Below are positions 30,101 to 38,554 of a stretch of 60,035 nt of DNA, piece after piece. How positions within the stretch are numbered: the first letter of the stretch is position 1; each line of letters begins with the position of its first letter. The position numbers and the translations under genes were made by a program. Under the pieces are notes generated by a model. The model did no database searches. It had not been told where the DNA came from and worked only from the letters and a program-made list of their open reading frames with translations. This stretch comes from Bacteroides sp. SM23_62 (GTDB lineage Bacteria > Bacteroidota > Bacteroidia > Bacteroidales > SM23-62). Location of the stretch: positions 1 through 60,035 of the forward strand of contig LJUP01000016.1 of the NCBI GenBank assembly GCA_001303955.1. Direction: 5' to 3'.

Positions 30101-30427
30101 TGGCCGGTGATCCGGTATTTTGCCAACCATCCCATCAGTAATAATTTCCTGAATAACTTCATGATCGTAGGTTTTGGGGACATTGGGACCGCCTGGAATG
30201 GCACGCATCCCTGGTCCGGCGACAACGCCTATGACAGCGAGGTCATTGAAAGCGGTCCCCTGACCATCACAATTGATTCGAACCGGCAACCCATAGTGGC
30301 CGGGTATGGTTTCGGTGTCCGTTCCATGTTGCTGGGTTACTGGATCCGGCTGGACTGGGCATGGGGGATAGAGAATAACATCATACTGCCACGTATCTTC
30401 TATTTCTCAATGAACCTTGACTTTTAA
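27140..30427 (+). CDS. large outer-membrane protein: TolB/PD40-like beta-propeller plus C-terminal Omp85-like beta-barrel
   Basis: 1095 aa with a signal peptide. PD40-like repeats (MSPDGNYIAYTTNELGQYKIFLHD...). The C-terminus GYGFGVRSMLLGYWIRLDWAWG...FYFSMNLDF ends in Phe, as in barrel proteins. Confidence 0.55.
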   Translation: MNGIVKKYSVLVIFFLLLVTQLSGQFYYGTQMTFGKNRVQFNDFYWYFYRYEKFDAYFNQSGKAIANYTADFLSEEIEHAEEFFDYTLEKRLIFIVYNKLTDFRQSNIGLVSGREETNTGGITKVIRNKVFVYFNGDHKEFEQQISAAIGEVVINEMLYGNEFRENLTNSTLINLPDWYTKGLISYLSRDWDFEIENRVKDGILTGEFERFNWLTGEDAMHAGHSFWKYVAETYGESVIPNIIYLTRINKNANSGFLYVLGFSIKDLSYDWMAYYLDQYDESRTERELPASGKIIRKPNKKRVYNEIKMSPDGNYIAYTTNELGQYKIFLHDTRTGKTKRLLKREHRLDQIPDYTYPILAWHPTSRILSFITEEKGGLRLYYYMLDDRNLTDRNLVFFEKVLDFDYSDDGFKIVLSGINRGQTDIYVHTIAAGTNERLTNDIYDDFNPRFINHSKQIIFSSNRPQDTTEYHVEGEPLNSRYLPHNLYVIDYATRQKKISKVSEHHFINDVQPFAIGNNKFTYLSDANGLINRYVADYDSTISFIDTTTHYRYYSQTHPITNYKRNILEHDVNPETGEYAEIVFHDNRYYMYKDELDPMPDAFGGEFTNTAFRESHTAKLRKIDSLKSVKKEVIAIQEIVDNQIITQSADTIDLDRQMIDINNYVFELEKLNYYNEKFAEDNLNLVMDTNAFIRPPPRIYETAFYTNYVASQIDFSFLNASYQTFTGGAVYYNPGFNLMFKLGTNDLFEDYKITAGVRLAADFDSNEYLLSFENLKRRLNKQLIFHRQVFKNRWERAYFKSFSHNLMFKLRWPFNQVSAFEGTINGRYDNYVFLATELKYLNEENIQNFWGGLNLAYIFDNTRYMGQNLHHGTRLKLFVEGYQQFNDKMWDLYSVGLDARHYVKIHRTLIWANRFATASSFGRSRIIYYLGSVDNWINFSSKVQQFDQSIPIDYSKNYSYQTLATNMRGFTQNIRNGDKFAVFNTELRWPVIRYFANHPISNNFLNNFMIVGFGDIGTAWNGTHPWSGDNAYDSEVIESGPLTITIDSNRQPIVAGYGFGVRSMLLGYWIRLDWAWGIENNIILPRIFYFSMNLDF

Positions 30428-30446
30428 CCACGTTAATCCCGGACCC

Positions 30447-30815
30447 ATGAGCATCAATGAAATCCTGATCCTCGTCGCCATAGGTGTACTTGCCGGATTT
30501 ATCAGCGGAAGCCTGGGGGTTGGCGGGGGGATAATTATTGTACCCGGACTGGTCTTCTTCCTCGGGCTTACCCAGCACCAGGCACAGGGTGTCAGCCTGG
30601 GCATGATGCTCGCCCCTATCGGACTTGTGGCATTCATCAATTATTATAAGGCGGGACATATCAATATTAAATATTCCATATTGCTGCTGGCCGTATTCTT
30701 CATCGGGAGTTACCTGGGCTCCCTCATGGCAGTCCAGTTACCGTCCGCTACCCTGAAGAAAATATTCGGGGTCCTGATGCTCATTGCCGGAGCCCGTATG
30801 ATTTTCTGGCCATGA
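30447..30815 (+). CDS. half-size TauE/SafE-family membrane protein
   Basis: ATG at 30447. 122 aa with 4 TM helices. GFISGSLGVGGGIIIVPGLVFFLG is the TauE/SafE signature. Confidence 0.65.
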   Translation: MSINEILILVAIGVLAGFISGSLGVGGGIIIVPGLVFFLGLTQHQAQGVSLGMMLAPIGLVAFINYYKAGHINIKYSILLLAVFFIGSYLGSLMAVQLPSATLKKIFGVLMLIAGARMIFWP

Positions 30816-30831
30816 CCCATGACAATACACC

Positions 30832-32022
30832 ATGAACCTTAAAGAAACCATTCAAAACCTGGCAGATGAACTGTTTCCGGAAATCCAGGAAATCAGAAGG
30901 TATATTCACCGGCACCCCGAATTATCATTCCATGAGCATAAAACAGCCGACTATATCTGTGGTTTGCTCGGGAAGGAAAATATCCCCTTCCGGCAAGGGA
31001 TTGCCGGAACAGGTATCCTGGCCGACATAGCAGGAAGGGGCGAAGGGAAGATCATAGCCCTTCGTGCAGATATGGATGCGCTGCCGATACAGGAAGAAAA
31101 TGCGACAGATTACCGTTCAATCAATGATGGCAAAATGCATGCATGCGGTCATGATGTACATACAGCATGTCTGATCGGTGCCGCCAGGATCCTGAATAAA
31201 CTGAAGGACCGGTTTCCCGGTAAGGTGAAATTAGTATTCCAGCCAGCCGAGGAAAAGGCACCTGGAGGTGCCAGGCTCATGTTGAATGAAAAACTATTCG
31301 GCAGGGAAGAACCCGATCTGATGATCGCCCAGCATGTATACCCCGTCATGTATACGGGCAGGATTGGATTCAAGGCAGGCAAATACATGGCATCGAGTGA
31401 TGAGATCTACATTACTGTCAGGGGAAAGGGAGGGCATGCCGCCATGCCTCATCAGACCACCGACAGTGTCTTGATTGCTTCACACATCCTCGTCGCCCTG
31501 CAGCAGATCGTCAGCCGGCATGCAGAAGCCTCCACACCTACCGTACTATCAATCGGGAAGGTGCTGGCCAACGGGGCTGTTAATGTTATCCCACCGGAGG
31601 TGAAGATGGAAGGCACCTTCCGGACCATGGATGAAAACTGGCGCAAGGAGGCCCACCGCAGGATGATCAATATGGCGCAATCCATAGCGGACAGTATGGG
31701 TGCAAGCTGTACCTTCGAGATCGTGGAAGGGTATCCGGTGCTCTACAATGATCCCGGGGTAACAGCCAAATCAATCGAGTTCGCCCGGACCTACCTGGGC
31801 AAAGATAGGGTTGATGAACTGGATATCAGGATGACAGCAGAAGATTTTGCATTTTTTGCACAGGAGTATCCCTCTGTCCTGTACCGGCTTGGCGTTAGAA
31901 AACCAGGGCAGTCCCAGCCCCTGGAACTGCATACACCTCATTTTGACATTGACGAGGAAGCCATTAAAACCGGCACAGGTACCATGGCATGGCTTGCGCT
32001 GGCTCATCTGAAGGAGGCCTGA
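30832..32022 (+). CDS. M20-family amidohydrolase (N-acyl-L-amino acid amidohydrolase / hippuricase-like)
   Basis: RRYIHRHPELSFHE, ALRADMDALP and HACGHD metal-ligand motifs. Confidence 0.85.
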   Translation: MNLKETIQNLADELFPEIQEIRRYIHRHPELSFHEHKTADYICGLLGKENIPFRQGIAGTGILADIAGRGEGKIIALRADMDALPIQEENATDYRSINDGKMHACGHDVHTACLIGAARILNKLKDRFPGKVKLVFQPAEEKAPGGARLMLNEKLFGREEPDLMIAQHVYPVMYTGRIGFKAGKYMASSDEIYITVRGKGGHAAMPHQTTDSVLIASHILVALQQIVSRHAEASTPTVLSIGKVLANGAVNVIPPEVKMEGTFRTMDENWRKEAHRRMINMAQSIADSMGASCTFEIVEGYPVLYNDPGVTAKSIEFARTYLGKDRVDELDIRMTAEDFAFFAQEYPSVLYRLGVRKPGQSQPLELHTPHFDIDEEAIKTGTGTMAWLALAHLKEA

Positions 32023-32083
32023 GGGTAAGGGCCTTCAGCAATCTGAATCCAGTTCAAATAATAACAACTGTTGATTAATCCAC

Positions 32084-32113
32084 TTGTATTAAAAGAAATA
32101 GAATATAAATTTG
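32084..32113 (+). promoter_or_regulatory. candidate Bacteroidota promoter for the ferredoxin gene (-33 TTG, -7 TAAATTTG)
   Basis: TAAATTTG at 32106-32113 matches TAnnTTTG. TTG at 32084-32086 gives a 19-nt spacer. The ATG is 37 nt downstream. Confidence 0.35.
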
Positions 32114-32149
32114 TACCCAAGTTTGTTTTACTAAAAATCCTTATCGAAA

Positions 32150-32317
32150 ATGGCATATGTAATAAACGATGAATGCACAGCCTGCGGGGCATGTATTGAT
32201 GAGTGCCCGGAGGAGGCTATCTCCGAAGGTGATATCTATGTTATTGACCCGGAAAAATGTACAGACTGTGCTTCCTGTGCAGACGTTTGCCCGGTAGAGG
32301 CTATCCATCCGGAATAA
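32150..32317 (+). CDS. 2x[4Fe-4S] ferredoxin (55 aa)
   Basis: Hand translation gives MAYVINDECTACGACIDECPEEAISEGDIYVIDPEKCTDCASCADVCPVEAIHPE*. It contains two CxxCxxCxxxCP clusters. It is below the 60-aa cut-off of the ORF track. Confidence 0.88.
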   Translation: MAYVINDECTACGACIDECPEEAISEGDIYVIDPEKCTDCASCADVCPVEAIHPE

Positions 32318-32352
32318 TACCTCAGAAGCACCGGTATAGTGGCATTATAAAG

Positions 32353-32390
32353 CTGGTCCGGATAAATTTTTAACCGGATCAGTTTTTTTT
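32353..32390 (+). terminator. rho-independent terminator after the ferredoxin gene
   Basis: 9-bp stem CTGGTCCGG/CCGGATCAG (one G-U pair), 12-nt loop, followed by T8 (32383-32390). The T-tract touches the convergent gldB-like stop. Confidence 0.6.
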
Positions 32391-33426
32391 AAGGATTGTA
32401 TTTTGAGAGTGTGAGGATCTTCTGGTAATCATGCTCATCCATCAAATCCTGCAGGGAAACACTGGAATTATGCCGCATATAATCCTCCACTATTCTCCAT
32501 CCAAGCCAGACAGCCGCCCGTGCCGGAGATTCCCTGGTAAAGTCACTGGTAAAAGGACCGCTACCTGTAAATTTCTGTATGGTCATCCGGTCGGTCTTGA
32601 ATAGGACCTTCTCCTCGACCAGGTATTCCCACATCCTGGATTCATTGTTCTGGCAGAATCTCATTTGTCCGGAAGTAAAACCCATGATCAGGCTGTCTGG
32701 CTGTTCCGGCAACATCCATTTGGTAAAGTAGGCATTCCGTCCGTGGTAAATCATGTTGGATAGTACATTGTCCATTGAATCATTGAATTCGAATTCAGTA
32801 ATGCCCCAGCCAAGCAGGCAATCACTGGGGATTTTCGCTGGATGCATGTTATTGATCTGATACTTATGCCTGGCCAGTCTCTTGTAGAATTCTGTATCCC
32901 TTCCCAGGTAGTTGTCCAGTCCCACAGCCAACAAACCATCTGATGTGACGATGGACTGATTGAACCTTGAGATAAAACTGTAGACCTCCGGGACCGGCAT
33001 CTCCGGAAAATGATGATGATAACGTTTGAAGGCATTATTTAACTCGGTTTCCAGGGCATCAAGGTCAGGGAATACTTCCATGGTCACCCGGTATACCTCA
33101 TTGTTCAGGTAATCCGTTAAAAAGCTTTTCAGATAATCGGTATATGTTACCTGGTCCGATCCCCCTATGTTAATGATCCTGTAATTAAATATGTCAAAGA
33201 AATCACCATACCGGTCTTTCAGCATCGGGATGGCTGCGGGAATGCTGTCGAAGTCCAGGCCGAACAGATCCTCTTCAAACCGGTATATCTGCAGGTCCAT
33301 TTCAATCCCGGCAATATCCGTATGGTAAGGGTCCTTTTTACAGGCTTGAAAAAGCATTACGAATACCAGAGATACAGGCAACACAAGCATCCCCGTCGTT
33401 GGTAAGTATTTCAATCTTTTCTCCAC
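32389..33426 (-). CDS. gldB: GldB-like gliding-motility lipoprotein
   Basis: Lipoprotein signal (VFVMLFQAC). N-terminal IYRFEEDLFGLDFDSIPAAIPMLKDRYGDFFDIF resembles GldB. It sits near nadE, as I recall for gldB in Flavobacteriia. The start (M1 versus M13) is uncertain. Confidence 0.5.
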   Translation of the reverse strand: MEKRLKYLPTTGMLVLPVSLVFVMLFQACKKDPYHTDIAGIEMDLQIYRFEEDLFGLDFDSIPAAIPMLKDRYGDFFDIFNYRIINIGGSDQVTYTDYLKSFLTDYLNNEVYRVTMEVFPDLDALETELNNAFKRYHHHFPEMPVPEVYSFISRFNQSIVTSDGLLAVGLDNYLGRDTEFYKRLARHKYQINNMHPAKIPSDCLLGWGITEFEFNDSMDNVLSNMIYHGRNAYFTKWMLPEQPDSLIMGFTSGQMRFCQNNESRMWEYLVEEKVLFKTDRMTIQKFTGSGPFTSDFTRESPARAAVWLGWRIVEDYMRHNSSVSLQDLMDEHDYQKILTLSKYNP

Positions 33427-33446
33427 GAATATTTTACTTTTGTACT

Positions 33447-34100
33447 ATGCAAAAGTACATATTAAGTCTGATCATTCTGGTTTACTCATCGCAGATATTC
33501 TCACAGAAGCTGAGTTTCAGCGTTGTGGTGGATCCCCAGGTCACATGGATGAAATCAAATTCACAGCGCATAAAAAAAGAAGGATACAATTTCGGATATA
33601 ATTTCGGGCTGGTCATGGATGAGTACTTTGATGACAATTATGCGATTTCAACCGGACTCACCATCCTGAATACCGGAGGGAACCTGCATTACCTTGATTC
33701 AATGGAATTTAATTTCGGTTCGGGAACCGATACCCTTCCGGGGGGTACAACCCTAAAGTATAACCTACGGTATATCACCATCCCTTTCAGCCTGAAGTTT
33801 AATTCTACAGAGATCGGTTATACAACGATGTTTGCACACATTGGTTTAAACAACCATATCAATATCCGGTCCACCGCCGATGTACCTTCCCAGAATATCA
33901 GCGGGGAAGACATCAAAAATGAGATCAATAGGTTTTTGATGTCCTATTTTATCGGGGGAGGTGTAGCATTCTCTTTCGGGGGGGATTTTGCCATCCTGGG
34001 GGGTATCTACCTGATAGGTGCGATCTGGGATGTAACCAAGAATAAGGATTACCGGGCGTTTATTAATGCCGTGGCCCTGCGCCTCGGTGTAAAATTCTGA
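33447..34100 (+). CDS. small outer-membrane beta-barrel protein (PorT/OmpW-like porin family)
   Basis: ATG at 33447 (MQKYILSLIILVYSSQIFSQ signal). Alternating beta-strand pattern. C-terminal ...ALRLGVKF. Confidence 0.55.
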   Translation: MQKYILSLIILVYSSQIFSQKLSFSVVVDPQVTWMKSNSQRIKKEGYNFGYNFGLVMDEYFDDNYAISTGLTILNTGGNLHYLDSMEFNFGSGTDTLPGGTTLKYNLRYITIPFSLKFNSTEIGYTTMFAHIGLNNHINIRSTADVPSQNISGEDIKNEINRFLMSYFIGGGVAFSFGGDFAILGGIYLIGAIWDVTKNKDYRAFINAVALRLGVKF

Positions 34101-34102
34101 TC

Positions 34103-35761
34103 ATGATGAAAGTTGTCCTCGCACAGTTAAACTACCACATTGGCAACTTTGCCGAGAACATTACCAGGATAGCCTATGAGGTAAAAAAAGCCGAGGGCCT
34201 GGATGCGGATCTGATTGTATTCTCTGAACTGGCGGTGACCGGGTATCCGCCACAGGACCTGCTGGAGTATGGCAGTTTTATTGAAGAAAGCACCCAAGCC
34301 ATCGGGCAACTTGCTTCGATCAGTAATCATGTCGGCATCCTGATCGGGGCCCCTACCCTCAACCCCAATCCCACAGGTAAAAAACTTTTCAACTCTGCTT
34401 ACTTCCTGTATAATGGCCAGGTTGAGCAGGTGTTTCACAAGACCCTCCTGCCGACTTACGATATCTTTGACGAATACAGGTATTTCGAACCAAACCGGGA
34501 ATATCAGCTGCTGCATTTTAAAGGCAAAAAAATCGCAGTAACCATCTGTGAGGATCTGTGGTTTGACCAGCCAGCGGAAAATGCCTTTTCAAACAGCCGG
34601 CTGTATACGGAGAATCCGCTTGAAAAACTGGCCGGACTGGACCCGGATCTGATCATCAACCTGGCCGCATCCCCGTTTTCATATCTGCGGCAGCAGGTTA
34701 AAACTGAAATTTTTACCAACAATGCCCGTAAATTCAAACTGCCCATCATCTATGTCAATCAGGTGGGCGCACAAACAGAGCTGGTTTTCGAGGGCGGCTC
34801 CCTGGTTGTGGACAGGCATGGAAAGATCATCAGGTCACTCAATTTGTTCAGTGAAGACAGCCAGCTGGTCGACCTTGATGACCTGCTGATGGACCGGTTG
34901 CCTGAAACGCAGCATCAGCCATGGGAAAGGCCTGAACTGATCTATCATGCCCTTCTGCTGGGGATCAGGGATTATTTTAACAAGATGAATTTCCAGAAAG
35001 CTACCCTGGGATTGTCAGGAGGTATTGATTCAGCTGTTACCCTTGTCCTGGCGGCCGAAGCCCTGGGAGCAGAAAACCTCCTGGTGCTCCTGATGCCCTC
35101 GAAATACTCATCGGATCACTCCCTGAAAGATGCCAAAAAGCTGGCCGGGAACCTGGGTGTCTCCTATCAGGTTATTCCCATACAGGAGACATTCGAGTCT
35201 TTCCTGAGCGACCTGAAACCACTGTTTGCGGACCTGCCTGAAGATATTACGGAGGAAAACCTTCAATCCAGGATCAGGGGAACATTGCTCATGGCACTCT
35301 CCAATAAATTCGGCCATATCCTGCTGAACACCAGCAACAAGAGTGAAGCAGCAGTGGGTTACGGGACTTTGTACGGAGATATGGCCGGCGGTCTTTCAGT
35401 CCTCGGAGATGTCTATAAAACAGATGTTTACAGGCTGGCCGAATTCATCAACCGGCAGCATGAGATCATCCCTGAGAATATCCTTACCAAACCTCCATCA
35501 GCAGAGTTAAAGCCTGATCAGAAAGATACTGACAGCCTCCCGGCATATGATATCCTTGATCAGATACTGTATGCTTACATCGAACAGCAGAAAGCCCTGC
35601 CCGATATCATTGCCCAGGGCATGGATGCAAAACTGGCAGAACGTATTATCAGGCTGGTCAACCAGAATGAATACAAGCGTTACCAGACCCCCCCCATCCT
35701 GAGGATCTCTTCCAAGGCATTTGGTGTCGGTCGACGGATGCCTCTTGTAGCGAAATATTGA
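34103..35761 (+). CDS. nadE: glutamine-dependent NAD+ synthetase
   Basis: N-terminal CN-hydrolase domain (FSELAVTGYPPQD, ICEDLW) and C-terminal PP-loop GLSGGIDSAV. Confidence 0.93.
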   Translation: MMKVVLAQLNYHIGNFAENITRIAYEVKKAEGLDADLIVFSELAVTGYPPQDLLEYGSFIEESTQAIGQLASISNHVGILIGAPTLNPNPTGKKLFNSAYFLYNGQVEQVFHKTLLPTYDIFDEYRYFEPNREYQLLHFKGKKIAVTICEDLWFDQPAENAFSNSRLYTENPLEKLAGLDPDLIINLAASPFSYLRQQVKTEIFTNNARKFKLPIIYVNQVGAQTELVFEGGSLVVDRHGKIIRSLNLFSEDSQLVDLDDLLMDRLPETQHQPWERPELIYHALLLGIRDYFNKMNFQKATLGLSGGIDSAVTLVLAAEALGAENLLVLLMPSKYSSDHSLKDAKKLAGNLGVSYQVIPIQETFESFLSDLKPLFADLPEDITEENLQSRIRGTLLMALSNKFGHILLNTSNKSEAAVGYGTLYGDMAGGLSVLGDVYKTDVYRLAEFINRQHEIIPENILTKPPSAELKPDQKDTDSLPAYDILDQILYAYIEQQKALPDIIAQGMDAKLAERIIRLVNQNEYKRYQTPPILRISSKAFGVGRRMPLVAKY

Positions 35762-35834
35762 TATGCTTTGTATTTTTTTTGTTACATTTGCATGTTTTAC
35801 AACACATACCTTATACCATAAATTATTTCCGGAC

Positions 35835-36521
35835 ATGACATGCGAGGAGTGCATTGACAATAAGATGTCAGTCTTCAGTGTTCTTTCCCCTGAAGAAAAG
35901 GAATTACTGAGAAGGAACAATTCCAGCCATCATTATAAGAAGGGAGATATCATCTTCAAGGAGGGGGATAAACCAACAGGTTTGCTCTGGATCGCCGAAG
36001 GAAAGGTCAAGATATTCAAGGAAGGCGTCGGTGGGCGTGAACAAATTGTAAGGATGGCCAAACCGGTTGGTTTTATCGGTTACAGGGCCCTGTTTGCCGA
36101 GGAAAATCATTCTGCAACAGCCGTTGCCATTGAAGATTCTGACATTTGTACCATTGAAAGAGAGACCATTTATAAATTGCTCCGGTCAAATGCTGAATTA
36201 TGTCTGAGTATTATCAAGGCATTTGCGACAGAACTGGGATTTTCAAACAACCGGACAGTCACCCTTACCCAGAAACATATCAGGGGAAGACTTGCCGAAT
36301 CCCTGATCTTTTTAAAAGATACCTATGGCTTTGAGGACGATAACAGCACCATCAAGATCTACCTCTCAAGGGAGGACATCGCCAACCTTTCCAATATGAC
36401 TACCTCCAACGCCATCCGCACCCTGTCAACCTTTGCCAGTGAAGGTGTCATTGGTATCGATGGCCGCAAAATAAGGATCCAGGATCTGCAGAAACTTGAA
36501 CGGATCAGCGAGCTGGGTTAA
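35835..36521 (+). CDS. Crp/Fnr-family transcriptional regulator
   Basis: cNMP-binding fold (GDIIFKEGDKPTGLLWIAEGKVKIF) and C-terminal HTH (SREDIANLSNMTTSNAIRTLSTFASEGVI). ATG at 35835 preferred. Confidence 0.8.
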   Translation: MTCEECIDNKMSVFSVLSPEEKELLRRNNSSHHYKKGDIIFKEGDKPTGLLWIAEGKVKIFKEGVGGREQIVRMAKPVGFIGYRALFAEENHSATAVAIEDSDICTIERETIYKLLRSNAELCLSIIKAFATELGFSNNRTVTLTQKHIRGRLAESLIFLKDTYGFEDDNSTIKIYLSREDIANLSNMTTSNAIRTLSTFASEGVIGIDGRKIRIQDLQKLERISELG

Positions 36522-36527
36522 CCGGGA

Positions 36528-37442
36528 ATGAAAAGGATCCTCTATTACCTGGTTTATTCGGTTCTCTGGCTGATCACCCTCCTGCCTTTACGCGTCCTGT
36601 ACCTTTTTTCTGATTTTGTTTATCTGATTCTATATTACCTGGTCGGATACCGGAAAAAAACGGTTTACCAAAACCTGAGGAATTCCCTGACGGATAAATC
36701 GCCGCAGGAGATCAACCGCATTGCCAGGTGGTTCTACAGACAATTATGTGACTATTTTATCGAATCTGTCTACCGGATCCATATGGATGAAAAGGAGAAT
36801 TCCAAAAGAATGCATTTCAGAAACCCGGAAAAACTCCAGGAATATTATAAGCAGGGGAAGAGCATAGTCCTGTTGTTGAGTCATTACGGTAACTGGGAAT
36901 GGCCCACACGCATAACAAGGCTGTCATCCCATACCATACTGGCCATATATAAGCCGCTGCAAAACAAATATTTTAACAGATTATTTCTGCAGTTGAGGGG
37001 ACAATTCGGGGCCATTGGCATCCCGATGGAATCAACCCTGAGAAACCTGGTGACCTACCAGAAGGACAAAAAACCTGTGGTTCTGTTTACATTGGCTGAT
37101 CAGCGTCCGCAGTGGACCAGTATCCAGCACTGGACTACCTTCCTGAACCAGGATACCCCGGTGATAACCGGACCTGAAAAAATTGCCAGGAGATTTAATT
37201 ATCCGGTGATCTTTCTGGACATACAGAAAATAAAAAGGGGTCACTACAGCGGGGAATTTAAGCTTATTTCTGAGGATCCAATAAAAGATCCGGAATTTCA
37301 TATAACCAGGAAATATCATGCCCTGGTTGAAAGAAAGATTCAGGAGCGGCCTGAGTTATGGCTCTGGTCGCATAAACGCTGGAAGTATTTCAGGCATGAA
37401 GCGCAGAACCCAATGTATATCGGAAATTTGTCCAATCCATGA
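36528..37442 (+). CDS. lysophospholipid/lipid A acyltransferase (LpxL/HtrB family)
   Basis: N-terminal TM helix, an HYGNWEW (HX4-type) motif, and size and layout typical of late lipid A acyltransferases. Confidence 0.72.
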   Translation: MKRILYYLVYSVLWLITLLPLRVLYLFSDFVYLILYYLVGYRKKTVYQNLRNSLTDKSPQEINRIARWFYRQLCDYFIESVYRIHMDEKENSKRMHFRNPEKLQEYYKQGKSIVLLLSHYGNWEWPTRITRLSSHTILAIYKPLQNKYFNRLFLQLRGQFGAIGIPMESTLRNLVTYQKDKKPVVLFTLADQRPQWTSIQHWTTFLNQDTPVITGPEKIARRFNYPVIFLDIQKIKRGHYSGEFKLISEDPIKDPEFHITRKYHALVERKIQERPELWLWSHKRWKYFRHEAQNPMYIGNLSNP

Positions 37443-38554
37443 CCATGGAAATAAATAAAATGGCCCTGATTGAGCTGGGAGGATCCCATGAGGAAACCCT
37501 CTATTCCCAGGTTCTTTTCCTGAAAAAGTATGGTTTCCAGGTACATATTATTCTTTTTGAAGATCACTATCGCCGCATCATTGCATTCCCGGAAGTCGAT
37601 ACCTGGAAGTGCTATAAAAAACCACATGGATGGCCGGCCGAATGGTATCTGGTGTTCCGCCTGCTGATATACCTGAAAAGCCAGGGAATCAGAAAAGCTG
37701 TGCTGAATACCGCAGAAGGTAACATTGTCAGAAAACTCAGTATGGCTGCTGGTAGTTTTACAGAATTCACGGGGATAATACACCTTTGTTCAAAACTCTG
37801 GACCAGCCGCAGTCAGAAGATCATCAGCCGTAAGGTTAAAAAATATTTCGTGCTGGCTGATTTTATGCAATCTAACATTGACCAGAGACGGACGGCTGTT
37901 GCTATCGAGTGTTTTTTTCCGATCAATTTCCCGATGGGAAGGGATCAGAATGCCGGACAGCGGCAGGACGGAGAAAAGAACCCGGAATATCAGATCTGCA
38001 TAACGGGCGCGGTGGATTTTGCCAGACGTGATTACCACTCCCTTCTTGATGAGATGCTTGTAAAAGAGGTTCCTGAAGGAGTGAGGTTTATCCTGCTGGG
38101 GCGAACAACTAGCGATGATGGGAAGGCATTAGTAGCCAGGATCAGGGAAATGGGATTCGAAAAATATTTTACATTATTCGATGATTTCATCCCTCACAAC
38201 CACTTCTACAGGATCCTGAAGAATGCCTGGCTTGTGCTCCCGCTCCTCACACCACGTTGCAAAGATCACACCGATTACCTGAAATACAAAGTTACCGGCA
38301 GTTTTAACCTCGCTTACGGTTTTCAGATCCCGATGCTGCAACATGAATCCTTTGCCGGCGACCGGATAATCAGGGAAACATCGGTTTTTTACCAAGACGG
38401 GAACCTGCTTGAAACGGTGAACCAATGCAAGGAAAATCCTGAAATGTTGATGACTATCAGAGAACGGATGTCAAGCCTGCCTGAATTCCGGTTTGAATCT
38501 CAGGCTGAGAAGTATATCCATTTTATTTATGGGAACCGCCATTTTCGGCCGTGA
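37439..38554 (+). CDS. hypothetical protein, possibly a divergent GT-B-fold glycosyltransferase
   Basis: ATGA overlap with the acyltransferase gene. The C-terminal half (ICITGAVDFARRDYHSLLDEM...RFILLGRT...) loosely resembles a GT-B C-domain. No firm motif. Confidence 0.4.
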   Translation: MTMEINKMALIELGGSHEETLYSQVLFLKKYGFQVHIILFEDHYRRIIAFPEVDTWKCYKKPHGWPAEWYLVFRLLIYLKSQGIRKAVLNTAEGNIVRKLSMAAGSFTEFTGIIHLCSKLWTSRSQKIISRKVKKYFVLADFMQSNIDQRRTAVAIECFFPINFPMGRDQNAGQRQDGEKNPEYQICITGAVDFARRDYHSLLDEMLVKEVPEGVRFILLGRTTSDDGKALVARIREMGFEKYFTLFDDFIPHNHFYRILKNAWLVLPLLTPRCKDHTDYLKYKVTGSFNLAYGFQIPMLQHESFAGDRIIRETSVFYQDGNLLETVNQCKENPEMLMTIRERMSSLPEFRFESQAEKYIHFIYGNRHFRP

